64,000 bases of DNA from a virus. Location of the stretch: positions 43,129-107,128 of the IMG/VR virus record IMGVR_UViG_3300044959_000303; one strand, 5' to 3'. This document shows positions 40,249 through 50,950 of the stretch, piece after piece. A model generated the notes under the pieces. The model searched no databases. It saw only the letters and a list, made by a program, of their open reading frames with translations, and had not been told where the DNA came from. Both the position numbers and the translations under genes were made by a program. Position 1 is the first letter of the stretch. Every line of letters starts with the position of its first letter.

Positions 40249-41187
40249 TCAACGTGAAGTTTTCAGATTGTAGAATTCTCTCAGTTTTTTCTCGACAAGT
40301 TCTTTGTTGTACGAAAAGAAATCTTCTTCGAAATAATAGAAAACATCGTCTGTGATCATGATTTCGTTACCGGATTTCACCGCTTCTTCGAAATATCTGT
40401 TCTCGAAGTCTTCGGTAATTTCATTTCGCGGAATTCGAAGAATTTTACGAATCTTCTGTTCTGGAAAAATTTTCAGAATCAGTTTCATCAAACTGAAATG
40501 GAAACTGCTTTTTGTCATTCCACTTTTCGAAATCAGTTCTTTCATGATTTTCTTCGCTGTTTCGGATCTTTTCTGCAAATTCTTTTCATAGAAAATATTT
40601 TCCATGATTTCCGAAATTTCATTCTTATCCAGTTTCACCCAGTTCATGTTCATCAACAGATTGTAGAAATCCAATGATTTTTTCACAATTTCTTCGTAGG
40701 AAAAATCGACCAGTTTGTCCATCATGTCGTCTTCGACAAATTTGTCCAGATGAAAATCCACGATATGTGAATTCCATGTAAAGGAAAAATTTTTCGGAGG
40801 AAAAATTACGAACAGATTCCTTTTCGTGTCACTCGAAATATCGAGAAATTCGGAAGCAAGTTCCTTGCTTCCTGTCACGAATATGCTATTTTTTCTCAAA
40901 GCTTTCAAACCTCTGGTTCGAAGAAAATCGTCCAGTATTTCCGAATAGATTTTCGGTGTATCCAGAGGTTCACGATTTTTTCGAATTTTCTTGATTCCGA
41001 AATATTTCGAATATTCCGGATTGTGTCGATCTGCCCTGTACAATGGATGTTTCATCAGAAACAGAGTGGTATACGAATCGGTGTTCGAAGCCATTTCCCG
41101 AAGAAAAATGTGCAGAATTCTGTCGAATTCATTCGACTCGACAATTCTTTTTTCTTTTTCCGGAGAAAAAATTTCATTCATTTTCAT
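40249..41187 (-). CDS. Late paralog family member 3 (putative ADP-ribosyltransferase-like fold)
   Basis: MKMNE; LYRA, RKNSIFVT, SGNEIMIT; leader nearly the same as member 2; ATAAATA at 41210-41216. Confidence 0.6.
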   Translation of the reverse strand: MKMNEIFSPEKEKRIVESNEFDRILHIFLREMASNTDSYTTLFLMKHPLYRADRHNPEYSKYFGIKKIRKNREPLDTPKIYSEILDDFLRTRGLKALRKNSIFVTGSKELASEFLDISSDTKRNLFVIFPPKNFSFTWNSHIVDFHLDKFVEDDMMDKLVDFSYEEIVKKSLDFYNLLMNMNWVKLDKNEISEIMENIFYEKNLQKRSETAKKIMKELISKSGMTKSSFHFSLMKLILKIFPEQKIRKILRIPRNEITEDFENRYFEEAVKSGNEIMITDDVFYYFEEDFFSYNKELVEKKLREFYNLKTSR

Positions 41188-41453
41188 GAAAAAAAATCTC
41201 CTTTTTTCCTATTTATCGAAGTTTTCTGCAGATATGTCCGAAAAAACAGACAGTATTCCGTTTTCATGAACTTCGATCATTTTTTCGAAGAATTTCTTTT
41301 TTTACATGTTCTTGCTTTCTACGACGAATGTATTCTTTTTTCTGTTTTTTCCGAATTCGATTATCGGAACAATATCGAATTTCACGACAAACCGAAATCG
41401 TTTTTTCGGAAAGTCGAAAAGAAATTTTCATGTCGTTTTTTTTTTTTTCGATT

Positions 41454-42071
41454 CTAGAAAATGAACCTGTTCGTCAGATTGTATTTCCCGATAATGTTTC
41501 TTATTCTTCTGTAATTTCCACCATGTGGATTCATTCCCAATTTTTTCATGGCCTTGTATATGCTGTCACATTCTTCGAGTGCTTTCAGAATTTCTTCTTC
41601 TTCGTATATCGTTTTTCCGGGTTTCGAAATGTTTCTGTTTTTGTAGTTGTTGGTTTGACTATGACAATTCGGACATATCAGACGAAGATTTTCCCTTCTG
41701 TTGTCATTTCTGTTTCCATTCATGTGATCCAATTCGAATTTCAGTGGTTTGTTGTTCCATTCTTGTGAAATTCCACATGAAATGCACTTTCCATTCTGTT
41801 CCATCAAAATTCTTTCTCTTTTTTCCCGATTCGTAAGTTCCGACCAGTTTGCGTTCCGTATTTTTCTTTCTCTGTTTTCGAGATATTTTTCGTGTTTCGA
41901 CAATGCTGCCTTTCTGGCTATTTCCTTTCTTCTTTGCGAATCTTCCATACGAAAGAGTTTTTTTCCTTCTTTTCTGCAATTTCGACAGACGAATCTGCCT
42001 GCATGAATCGATCTTTCTTCTTTTTCTTTACATATTTCACAGGCCAGTATTTTCGTCGATTCTTTTTTCAT
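41454..42071 (-). CDS. HNH homing endonuclease
   Basis: CISCG...ELDHMNGNRNDNRRENLRLICPNCHSQT. Confidence 0.88.
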   Translation of the reverse strand: MKKESTKILACEICKEKEERSIHAGRFVCRNCRKEGKKLFRMEDSQRRKEIARKAALSKHEKYLENRERKIRNANWSELTNREKRERILMEQNGKCISCGISQEWNNKPLKFELDHMNGNRNDNRRENLRLICPNCHSQTNNYKNRNISKPGKTIYEEEEILKALEECDSIYKAMKKLGMNPHGGNYRRIRNIIGKYNLTNRFIF

Positions 42072-42087
42072 TTTCTGTTTTTGTTCA

Positions 42088-42163
<76 letters not shown>

Positions 42164-42327
42164 ATGAAAATTTCGATCCGATTTCATCTTCATTCGGGTA
42201 AATACGAGTAACAGAAAAATTCGAGCATGTCAATCTTTTTTTTCGAAGAAGAGAATTTTCGTGAATTTTTTTCTTTTTTACAAAGTTTTTTTTTCGTCGA
42301 TCGATTCGTATCGAAATTTTTTCGGAA

Positions 42328-42356
42328 TTGACAAAAAAAGAAAGATATGACATATT
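42328..42356 (+). promoter_or_regulatory. Sigma70-type promoter for the HNH gene
   Basis: TTGACA-17 nt-CATATT with TG extension. Confidence 0.5.
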
Positions 42357-42439
42357 TTCCGGTGAAAATATATGATTGCTCGTTTTTTATTGCAAATTTT
42401 TTTTCGAAAGGTAAATAAACACAGGGAAGCATCGAAAAA

Positions 42440-43000
42440 ATGAAAAATTATCGTTGTGTTCTTCTACTGAATTCGGATGTTCAACCACTCAGTCTGGTTC
42501 CATTGTCCATTGTATCGTGGCAATTTGCCATAAAAAACATTTTTCTCGGAAGATTGATCGTTCTCGAATCATACGACGAAGTTCTGAGAAGTCAGAGACA
42601 TGAAATCAGAATACCATCCGTTGTAATGTTGAATTCTTATTCCTATCGGGAAAGAAAAGTAAAACTGACCAAACACAATCTCTTTTTGAGAGACGAATAT
42701 CGTTGTCAATATTGCAACAAGGAATTTTTCGGAAGCCAGAATCTGACTTTCGATCATGTAATACCGAAAAGCAAAGGCGGAAAAACTGTTTGGGAAAATA
42801 TCGTGACTTCCTGTGAAATCTGTAATATGAAAAAAAAGGATACATATGTGGAACCATTGAAAAGACCACATGTTCCTTCTTATTACGAACTTGCCGAAAA
42901 ACGTAGAAAATTTCCAATTACGATTTTTCACGAAACATGGAATCTGTATCTGTGTTGGGACGAAGACAAAACAATTCACAAAAAAATTCGATTTCGATGA
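42440..43000 (+). CDS. HNH endonuclease (McrA-like)
   Basis: LLLNSD.QPL, LFLRDEYRCQYC, LTFDHVIPKSKGG, WENIVTSCEICN. Confidence 0.9.
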   Translation: MKNYRCVLLLNSDVQPLSLVPLSIVSWQFAIKNIFLGRLIVLESYDEVLRSQRHEIRIPSVVMLNSYSYRERKVKLTKHNLFLRDEYRCQYCNKEFFGSQNLTFDHVIPKSKGGKTVWENIVTSCEICNMKKKDTYVEPLKRPHVPSYYELAEKRRKFPITIFHETWNLYLCWDEDKTIHKKIRFR

Positions 43001-43112
43001 TTTTTTTTTTTCGAAATCGAAATTTTCGAATTCGAAAAAATTCGATGAAAAAATGATAAATTAATATTGAATTATTTCGAAAGAAAAATTATTCTTATTA
43101 CAAAATCAGAAA

Positions 43113-43448
43113 ATGAAGGAGAAAGTAATTATGGAAAACACATCGTCACTCAGCATCAAGGATCTGGTAGATCTGTTGAATCTTGTCGAATATGCGGAGA
43201 AAAACGGAGCCTATTCGGAATTTACCTTTATCAGTGAAAAGGTTACCGAATTGAAAAAAAAGGTTGTAAATTTCGTAAACAGTGCATCGGCTAATGCAGC
43301 TTCGGCAAACAATACGAACAGACAGGAAAATACGAGTTCGGTAAATACCACCAATACAACAAATACAACAAATATGGCAAATACAACCAATATTGAAAAA
43401 GTTCAGGAAAACGAAACGGGCAGGGAACGAAAAAACAGAAGAAAATAG
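43113..43448 (+). CDS. Hypothetical protein with NTT repeat tail
   Basis: LSIKDL...NGAY N-terminal domain; AAGGAG suggests a start at 43131. Confidence 0.65.
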   Translation: MKEKVIMENTSSLSIKDLVDLLNLVEYAEKNGAYSEFTFISEKVTELKKKVVNFVNSASANAASANNTNRQENTSSVNTTNTTNTTNMANTTNIEKVQENETGRERKNRRK

Positions 43449-43531
43449 AAGAAAATAAAACATTTCGAAATTTCGAATGTTTTTTCCTGTAAATTTTTTG
43501 AAGAAAATTTTTCGAAAAAAGGAGATACATA

Positions 43532-44368
43532 ATGTTCAAACATGTTGGAGTCATAAAAAACACCGGAAAAAAGTGTGTCATTCTGTTTCTCGAAATTCCG
43601 GGAAGAGAAACTCACGCACTTGTTGTAGAACCTGACAGTTTACCCGACATGCTACATGATCATGTCATGAGTTTGCTCGAAAGTGCGGAAGGGCAAGCTG
43701 CAACGAATTTCGGAGAAGTGCTCGGCAGAAGATTTCTCGCAGACAAAAATACTACAGTTCTGGAGGAACTTCACAATCGAAGATATCTTCAACCCGTGCC
43801 GCATACCAATATTGTCATGATGCCCGGGGGTAACAACAGAGTGGAAATGGCAGAAGTCATGAATGCCTTGAGAAAAATGAGACAAGGTCAGAACTTTGCA
43901 GAAACGAACTTTGCAAATGAACATATGTCGGGAAGATTCGGAACCGACGAATCATACATGAACGATTCATATACGAATCGAACCATGCCAAGTACCATGC
44001 CAAATGACATGTTTCAGGAAACATCGAATTTGCAACATGTTTCGCAAGAAAATTCGAATTTGGAAAATCTGTTCAGAGAACATATGGAAATGATAAAATT
44101 GTTGTACAATGACTTGTCGAATCGAGTTCGTCAACTGGAGGAAATTGCCAATGAAAATTCAAAATTGATGAGTATGGTCGAAAATATGAAAAAAGAACTT
44201 GGCATGAATTCGAATTCCGATTCGATTTCGGTTTTGTCTCGAAGCAATGAAAAAATCGATTCGAATCATTCGAACGAATCGAATCATTCGAATGAATATG
44301 AATCGAATGAATCGAATGAATCGAGAATGACAAATAAAAAAATGAAAAAAGTAAAAGAAAATCAATGA
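43532..44368 (+). CDS. Hypothetical phage protein
   Basis: RBS AAGGAG; KHVG...ALVV...LHD...LES..GQ pattern; SNE repeat tail. Confidence 0.7.
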   Translation: MFKHVGVIKNTGKKCVILFLEIPGRETHALVVEPDSLPDMLHDHVMSLLESAEGQAATNFGEVLGRRFLADKNTTVLEELHNRRYLQPVPHTNIVMMPGGNNRVEMAEVMNALRKMRQGQNFAETNFANEHMSGRFGTDESYMNDSYTNRTMPSTMPNDMFQETSNLQHVSQENSNLENLFREHMEMIKLLYNDLSNRVRQLEEIANENSKLMSMVENMKKELGMNSNSDSISVLSRSNEKIDSNHSNESNHSNEYESNESNESRMTNKKMKKVKENQ

Positions 44369-44613
44369 ATCGAAAACGAAAAAGGGTGGAAAGAGACGAT
44401 AATCGGAAAAAAAAATGAAATCGACTCGAATTCGACAAAATGAAAAAAATGATAAATAACATTAGATACTTGAAATTCGAATGATATGAAAAAATCGAAT
44501 TCGTCGATCGTGAAAACATCATGATGAAATCGATTTTTTTCCGGAAAAAAAATTCAATTGGAAATTTTATTGTAATTCATTTCAAAATTCATTCTTAAAG
44601 AAAACAGGAATTC

Positions 44614-45297
44614 ATGAGCAAGATAAACATCAGTCAGATTAAAAATTTGCCTAAGGCTTCACCGAGATCTTTCATCATTTTCGACGGTTCCGACAATGTA
44701 TGGAGCAATAGCGCAAATTCTTCTTTTGTTCTTCCGGCGGGTACAAGTGCAAACAGACCATCTTCTCCTGTCCGAGGAGAATTCCGTTACAATACCGGTT
44801 CCAATTTTCTCGAATTTTTCAACGGAAGTCAATGGACAGCCGTACCCGTATCAGCCGGCACGAATGTAAATCAAACATATATTCTGTTTTCGAACAACGG
44901 TGGTTATGCAGAAACCATAACCACAACGTGGACAAACATTGCCGTCTTTGCAACCGTTTCGATAATCGACAGTATCTACGAAATTCTGTCACCTTACATT
45001 CTTCAAATCAACAGCAGTGGTACTTATAGAATCAGATATCATGGAACTGCATTTCACAACGTAAATACACAGACAACTTCCGAATGGTCTCTGGTCATTG
45101 GTGGAACTGCTTTTCAAACTTCCTATTCTTATGGTATTCACAGAGGTACTCCCAATTCACAAGACACGGCTTCGAAAGAAGTCATTGCACAGATAACAGG
45201 TGGGCAGCAGGTAAGTTTGCGAGCAAGAGTGTACAGTGGTGAAAATCTGATAGCCACGACATACGAATGTACGATCATTGTGGAGAAAATCAGATAA
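44614..45297 (+). CDS. Putative tail fibre / virion protein
   Basis: LPAGTSANRP...GEFRYNT...EFFNGSQW fibre-type motif; ATAAATA at 44452. Confidence 0.65.
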   Translation: MSKINISQIKNLPKASPRSFIIFDGSDNVWSNSANSSFVLPAGTSANRPSSPVRGEFRYNTGSNFLEFFNGSQWTAVPVSAGTNVNQTYILFSNNGGYAETITTTWTNIAVFATVSIIDSIYEILSPYILQINSSGTYRIRYHGTAFHNVNTQTTSEWSLVIGGTAFQTSYSYGIHRGTPNSQDTASKEVIAQITGGQQVSLRARVYSGENLIATTYECTIIVEKIR

Positions 45298-45380
45298 AAA
45301 AAAACTCGAATAAATAGAAGCAAAAAAATGTTTTTTTCAAAAAATTTTTCACGGAAACATCATATGAAGGAATATGAAAA

Positions 45381-46046
45381 ATGGAATATGAATTTGTATT
45401 GAACAATCATGAAAATCCCTGTCACGATATACTGATTCAGTACATCAATACGAATTATTCCTGGGGTTCCAAGATTTTCAAGATAATTGTCGATTATTCG
45501 ACACATCGAACAATAATATTGTCGAATGCTCCTTTGACGAATGATGAAAAAAATCAGATACAGAATCTCGTGAATGTCTGGAGTTGTGATCTGAATTTCA
45601 CCGATCCGAATACAAATTCGACTCCACCAGTATTTGTCGATGAAGATTTTCTGAATAGTCTGAAAGGACCTTATCTGTTTTCACACAATACTGTCAATGT
45701 GAAAAACAAATGGTTGTTGATCGATGACATGACAAGTGACAAAACATCTTACAATATTCCTTTCAAAGGAAAACTCGCAGTAATAACATTCGACAACAAC
45801 GAAACGAATCTGTATTTCAAACTCAACATATATCGAAACGATGACAAGGTTCTCACCAGAATCATTACTCACAGAAAAATAACAATTTTCGACATTCCAC
45901 CGAATATCGAATTCGAACCTAACGACGGTCTGAGTGTTTTTGTCGAAAAGATGAATGAACATCAGAATCCAAGTTATCCGAGTGTATGCATATATTTCGA
46001 AATGAATTCGAATTTCGAAAGAAAAAATTACTTTCAGAATACATAA
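45381..46046 (+). CDS. Hypothetical late protein
   Basis: ATAAATA at 45310; RBS AAGGA. Confidence 0.6.
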   Translation: MEYEFVLNNHENPCHDILIQYINTNYSWGSKIFKIIVDYSTHRTIILSNAPLTNDEKNQIQNLVNVWSCDLNFTDPNTNSTPPVFVDEDFLNSLKGPYLFSHNTVNVKNKWLLIDDMTSDKTSYNIPFKGKLAVITFDNNETNLYFKLNIYRNDDKVLTRIITHRKITIFDIPPNIEFEPNDGLSVFVEKMNEHQNPSYPSVCIYFEMNSNFERKNYFQNT

Positions 46047-46123
46047 ATATATGAAGAATATGCAAAGAAAAGATCGACAAACGGAAAATTCGTGAATCAA
46101 CGAAAAATACAGGAACAGAAGTC

Positions 46124-47080
46124 ATGCCGATTTACAGAGTCAAAAATACCGGAGTTTCAGGCATAACTGTTGTCGGACAGTATATATCGGCAATGAAATA
46201 CCATGAAATTCAAAGTATCGAATTGAACAGATGGGCCAATGATCCGGAAGTCATGAATCTCATATCGAATGGTATTCTTGTTGTCAACAAAGGTCAGGAT
46301 GATGTCGATGATATAACGAATCCGGTGGAAGGATGGAAATATCTTCAGGGAGACATAAAACCACCGACAGATACATTGGGAAGATGGACCATTGTCATCG
46401 GTAATCCGTCGGAAGATCCTGCAAAAAGGCCGTTTCTTCTTACAGCGAGTGTATTTCTGGACAGTTTTTCCGAATACAGGGAAAACATTTTTTTCGATGA
46501 CGAAGAAGAAAAATCCATATATATCGAGCAGATCATAGCAACAAGTCCGGAAGTGAATTACAGAGTGAGTCTGGAAAAAATTCGAACGCTTTCTTCTGGC
46601 AAGGAAATTGTTTTCAATGATTTCATGAACATGAAAAATACATGGCAAATGAAAGTGGATGAAAATTTCGTAAGTGCGAACAGAACTTCTTTTGTCGTAA
46701 GTGCTGCCAGAGGACTCAAATTCGAATATTTTCCTTCGAGTGCTTACTATATTTTCGAGGGTGACACAATCGGTCGGCAGTTGTCCGGAAAAACCATATA
46801 TGTAGAAAAAATCATCGATATCGATAGTTCTTCGAAAATCGTCACATTGGAAAATCCCCTGACCGTAAATCTGGATCGTGAAGTAAAAATCATCTTTGCA
46901 GAAAGACCTATAGTGACATTGACCGGAGACAAAAATACTTCGGTTGTCAAAACAGACTATCCTTTCAAGGTGAATTCCAGAAATATCGAAAATTCATATC
47001 TGTCGTTGAAGATCGAAAATCTCGATGATCAGCAGGCAGGATTGATTTCCGTGACAGTTTATGGTTATCAGGATTCGTGA
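46124..47080 (+). CDS. Hypothetical late (virion) protein
   Basis: ATAAATA at 46043; natural composition. Confidence 0.6.
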   Translation: MPIYRVKNTGVSGITVVGQYISAMKYHEIQSIELNRWANDPEVMNLISNGILVVNKGQDDVDDITNPVEGWKYLQGDIKPPTDTLGRWTIVIGNPSEDPAKRPFLLTASVFLDSFSEYRENIFFDDEEEKSIYIEQIIATSPEVNYRVSLEKIRTLSSGKEIVFNDFMNMKNTWQMKVDENFVSANRTSFVVSAARGLKFEYFPSSAYYIFEGDTIGRQLSGKTIYVEKIIDIDSSSKIVTLENPLTVNLDREVKIIFAERPIVTLTGDKNTSVVKTDYPFKVNSRNIENSYLSLKIENLDDQQAGLISVTVYGYQDS

Positions 47081-47107
47081 TAAATTTTTTTCGGGAAGAT
47101 ATGGCGA

Positions 47108-47147
47108 ATATCTGGCAGATATCTGGTAAATATCTGGTAAATATATG
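47108..47147 (+). repeat. 11-bp tandem repeats (ATATCTGGTAA) containing TAAATA promoter cores
   Basis: About 3.5 copies upstream of 47236. Confidence 0.7.
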
Positions 47148-47235
47148 AAAAAAGATGCGAAAAAAATTGTAAAAATGTTTTTTTCGGAAAAAAAGAGATT
47201 ATAGAGTTTTCGGAAAAGAGGAATCGGGGAAAAAA

Positions 47236-48216
47236 ATGCAGAATGTAACACTGGGACTGGTGAAAAAATCAGATTGGGAAACCATAAAAAACATACATCT
47301 GACAAAAAATGCGCCTTTGGATTATATCGAATTCAAGAAATATTACAACGTTTTCGTTGTCTGGAACACGACGAAATTCGTCACGAATCTTTTCAAACCC
47401 GAATATTCGAAAGAAGTTATCGGCAAAAAATCGACGAACAACGATGATTATTGGGATTTTGTTCATCATTTCAAATCGAAAATCGATTCAAATCCTCCCG
47501 ATACCAATCCTGTCAATATTTCGGGTGTGATGAAAACCGGAGCAAAACTGCAGATACACGAAAGCAGCAGACCGGACAGAACCGACAAGAAATATGTTTC
47601 TTGTTGGTCGGGCGTCGGTGACGATGTAGAAAATCACGTAATATGGGGCGGCCCGAAATTGGTAATACAGAACGAGCCGGGAATTGCCACGAAAACCGTG
47701 GATTTCAGTTTCGATCCTCTGTTCGGTGAAGTCTGGATTCACGAAGGTTATGCAATGTGGGAGGGTGCAGGTTTCGGTGATGCCATAAGTGTTCATGTCA
47801 TGGCTCCCGGTGTTCAGTTGCAGACACTTTCGAATCTCGATCTCGTTCTGTCTGCAAATACGGTGAAATACAGTTCTTCCGGTCCGGGAACAGGAACGCA
47901 TGGTTTTGCTTCGATACCTGCTCCCGTACCGGTGTACGATTCCACCGGTGACTGGAATATCGACGAAAACAACAATCTGATTCCCGACTTTTCCGGAAAT
48001 GGAAAGTACAAAATATATACCGAAGAAAAAACGGTATTTCGATTTTTGGAAAAAATTCCCATCGGTGGAACAACATATTCGTACACGATGTTACAATCGG
48101 CAGATTCGTCCCAGTTGATTCATCCATATTTCGTGAGACTGATATCTCACAATACCTCGAATTCTTCATGGAAAATATGGTTCTTTGTCACTCTCTATCG
48201 TGAAAGAACAACATGA
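47236..48216 (+). CDS. Hypothetical late (virion) protein
   Basis: Beta-rich 326 aa ORF downstream of TAAATA repeats. Confidence 0.6.
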   Translation: MQNVTLGLVKKSDWETIKNIHLTKNAPLDYIEFKKYYNVFVVWNTTKFVTNLFKPEYSKEVIGKKSTNNDDYWDFVHHFKSKIDSNPPDTNPVNISGVMKTGAKLQIHESSRPDRTDKKYVSCWSGVGDDVENHVIWGGPKLVIQNEPGIATKTVDFSFDPLFGEVWIHEGYAMWEGAGFGDAISVHVMAPGVQLQTLSNLDLVLSANTVKYSSSGPGTGTHGFASIPAPVPVYDSTGDWNIDENNNLIPDFSGNGKYKIYTEEKTVFRFLEKIPIGGTTYSYTMLQSADSSQLIHPYFVRLISHNTSNSSWKIWFFVTLYRERTT

Positions 48217-48262
48217 TTTTTCGATTCGAAAAAAAAAAATTGAGTTTTTTTTCTTTTTGTCT

Positions 48263-48290
48263 AATATTGCAATATGAATATTGCAATATG
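48263..48290. repeat. 14-bp direct repeat containing palindrome ATATTGCAATAT
   Basis: AATATTGCAATATG x2. Confidence 0.7.
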
Positions 48291-48366
48291 AAGTAACAAC
48301 GAAAACTGGAAAAAATTTTCTTCGATTGTAAAAAAATTCGAATATGAAACAGATTCAAGGCATGAA

Positions 48367-48996
48367 ATGAAAAAATTTCTCAAAAAAATCATACCTTTCT
48401 GGGCTGTTCCCGCTCATTGGGGGCTGGAAGGAGATTTGCTCGAAAGAGCAAAAATTCATTGGAACGAAAATGACGAATATGAAAAAAACAGGAAACTGCT
48501 CGAACTCGAATTGAAAAATTTTCCCGACAAATTGAAACTGAAATTGCTCGAACTGGATTACAATTTCGGTAAAATCGATTCGGAAACATATGAAATACAG
48601 ACGATAGAAATGAATTCTTCCTTGACGAAAGAAGAAAAAAGTCGAAAACTTCTCGAATTGAATTACAGACATGGAAAAATGAGCAAAGACGAATATGAAA
48701 AAGAAATTGCAAATATCGAAAAAAGGCCTTGGGTGAAAGTCATCGGAGAAAATCTGAATTCGAACGATTCGAATGTTTCGTTGGAAATGGAACTCGACTG
48801 GAATTCGTATTTCATAGAAGAATTGAAGAAAAGAGGCTATCGTGGAAGAAACGATACCGAAATTGTCGATCAATGGTTGCACGATCTTTTCAAGACGACT
48901 CTGCTGGAGGCAGGATATTTCGAATTCGATGAAAATTACGATGGTTCTCTGGTACATCGCAGAGTTCTCGAAAATGATATCGAAGAATACGAGTAA
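48367..48996 (+). CDS. Hypothetical phage protein
   Basis: PWVKV...ELDWN..FI..L...GY.G..EIVDQW pattern. Confidence 0.7.
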   Translation: MKKFLKKIIPFWAVPAHWGLEGDLLERAKIHWNENDEYEKNRKLLELELKNFPDKLKLKLLELDYNFGKIDSETYEIQTIEMNSSLTKEEKSRKLLELNYRHGKMSKDEYEKEIANIEKRPWVKVIGENLNSNDSNVSLEMELDWNSYFIEELKKRGYRGRNDTEIVDQWLHDLFKTTLLEAGYFEFDENYDGSLVHRRVLENDIEEYE

Positions 48997-49044
48997 GAAT
49001 ACGAACAGGAATACGAACAGGAATACGAACAAGAATACGAGTAA
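48983..49044 (+). repeat. Five 12-bp tandem repeats spanning the stop codon
   Basis: A[AG]GAATACGA[GA][TC] x5. Confidence 0.85.
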
Positions 49045-49103
49045 AAGAATTTTTTCGAAAAAATTCTTCGAAAATTCTTTCGTTCCGTAGCAGGTTTTTT
49101 TCG

Positions 49104-50108
49104 ATGAACAAATATGATACTCTTGTTTTCGATCTGAATTCGATTTTCTACAGAAGTCGTCATGTCACGAAAGGTTCATTGGAAATGAAAACTTCCCTTG
49201 CTTTGCATGTAACCTTCAGAATCATCGAAAGACTGATTTCCGAATTTTCCTCTTCGAATACGAAAATGATTTTTGCTCTGGATGGAAAATCGTGGAGATA
49301 CGAAATTTACAAGAATTACAAACTCGACAGAAGAATTGCAAAAGCAAAGAAAAGTCACGAAGAAAGAAAAGAAGATCGAAAATTCGAAGAAGTTTTTTTC
49401 GATTTTGTGAATTTTCTCGAAAAATTCACGAATTCGATCGTTCTTCGGCACGAATTTCTGGAAGCCGACGATCTGATATCGGTTCTGTGCAGAAAATTCG
49501 ATGTTCGAAAAACGCTCATAATTACAAACGACAATGATTTCGTACAATTGATAAATGAAAACGTGAATCTCTATCTTGCACACAAAGATGTGATTCTGAC
49601 AAAAAATTTCGCATTCACATTCGACGGCAAACCGGTTCACGTTTCGATCACGAACAAGGGAAAAATAAAAATCGACAGAAACAGGGAACCGAACATTCTG
49701 AATGAAGACTGGACGGATTGGGCTCTGTTTCTGAAAATCTGCAGAGGTGATGCTTCCGATGGAATTTTTCCGATCTGTCCGGGAACGAGAACAAATTCTC
49801 TGGAAAAAGTTTTTTTCGACAGGAAAAACAAGGGTTTTCACTGGAACAATTTCATGCTTTCCACATGGACGAATTCTCGTGGAGACACTTTTCGTGTTCT
49901 CGATCGATATCGTGAAAATCAATTGTTGATAAATCTTCGGGAATTACCGAAAGAAATAGAAGAAGAAGCGAAAAAATGCATTTCGAATCGATTGAACAAG
50001 CCGAAAATAAATAATATCGGCATTCATTTTCTGAAATTTTGTGGAAAATACAATCTGATCGAAATTTCCCGAAGAGAAAATTTCTGGGCAAGAGTTTTTT
50101 CGAAATGA
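49104..50108 (+). CDS. rnh: T4 RNase H-like 5'-3' exonuclease / flap endonuclease
   Basis: DLNSIFYR, ALDG.SWR..IY..YK, EADD, TNDNDFVQL, RGDASDGI. Confidence 0.9.
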   Translation: MNKYDTLVFDLNSIFYRSRHVTKGSLEMKTSLALHVTFRIIERLISEFSSSNTKMIFALDGKSWRYEIYKNYKLDRRIAKAKKSHEERKEDRKFEEVFFDFVNFLEKFTNSIVLRHEFLEADDLISVLCRKFDVRKTLIITNDNDFVQLINENVNLYLAHKDVILTKNFAFTFDGKPVHVSITNKGKIKIDRNREPNILNEDWTDWALFLKICRGDASDGIFPICPGTRTNSLEKVFFDRKNKGFHWNNFMLSTWTNSRGDTFRVLDRYRENQLLINLRELPKEIEEEAKKCISNRLNKPKINNIGIHFLKFCGKYNLIEISRRENFWARVFSK

Positions 50109-50166
50109 TTTTTTTTCGACAATAGAATTTTTCAGTGAAATTTTTTTCGATTTCACGAGTACGAAA

Positions 50167-50391
50167 ATGAGCATAGAAAGCCTGATTCGAAAACACAGAG
50201 AAGCTCTGAGAAAGAAACAGAAAAATATTCTTCTTTCGATGGAAGAAGCCGATATTCTGTTGAACGAACTGATTTCCCTGATGAAAAAAGTTCACGAGAA
50301 AAATTTCGACAACCCGGACAATCGGGAGAGCGAAGTCATAAGTATCGATTTCGATTCCGGATTCTTTCCGTCTTCCGAAAAGAAAAAATGA
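50167..50391 (+). CDS. Hypothetical protein
   Basis: Co-oriented 74 aa ORF after rnh. Confidence 0.55.
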   Translation: MSIESLIRKHREALRKKQKNILLSMEEADILLNELISLMKKVHEKNFDNPDNRESEVISIDFDSGFFPSSEKKK

Positions 50392-50447
50392 TATTTTTTT
50401 CCTGAAAAACAAGAAAAAAAAAGCAAAAACATGAAAATGGAGGAAAA

Positions 50448-50744
50448 ATGATTCGGCTCTTTTTGAAAAAGAACTGTGTTCACAATGTTGTTCTCATAAA
50501 TATTTTCGATAATCATGAAATCGACTATGCCATAGTATACAGTGAAAATGAAAAATGCCCATATGTTTCGATTCGAACAGATCGTGAAAATGTGGAAATA
50601 TCCGGTTTCGATGTCATTGTCAAGAGAATCGAATACATAAAGAATATTCTGGAAAAGGGTGCGGAAACAGATGAAGAAAAAACCGAAAATTCTACTATCG
50701 AAAACAGATTCGAACTATTTCGTGAAAGAAATCATTCAGTCTGA
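50448..50744 (+). CDS. Hypothetical protein
   Basis: RBS GGAGG upstream. Confidence 0.55.
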   Translation: MIRLFLKKNCVHNVVLINIFDNHEIDYAIVYSENEKCPYVSIRTDRENVEISGFDVIVKRIEYIKNILEKGAETDEEKTENSTIENRFELFRERNHSV

Positions 50745-50934
50745 CAGAATCTATGTTGTTCTCTACGACAACAAACCGTTCAACTACAAGATATCGAACA
50801 AGCTTCTGGACAATCATGTTCCGAAATACAGGAAAACGGTATTTCCCAATCCCGGATTTGCAAAAAATCTGGCGAAAAAATTGAACAGAATGTTCCACAC
50901 GGACAAATTCACCGTAAAGGAAATTCAATTCTGA
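50671..50934 (+). CDS. Small hypothetical phage protein
   Basis: PKYRKTVFPNPGFAKNLAKKLN..F.TDKF motif resembling small proteins of large T4-like phages. Confidence 0.65.
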   Translation: MKKKPKILLSKTDSNYFVKEIIQSDRIYVVLYDNKPFNYKISNKLLDNHVPKYRKTVFPNPGFAKNLAKKLNRMFHTDKFTVKEIQF

Positions 50935-50950
50935 GAAAGTTTTTTCGAAA

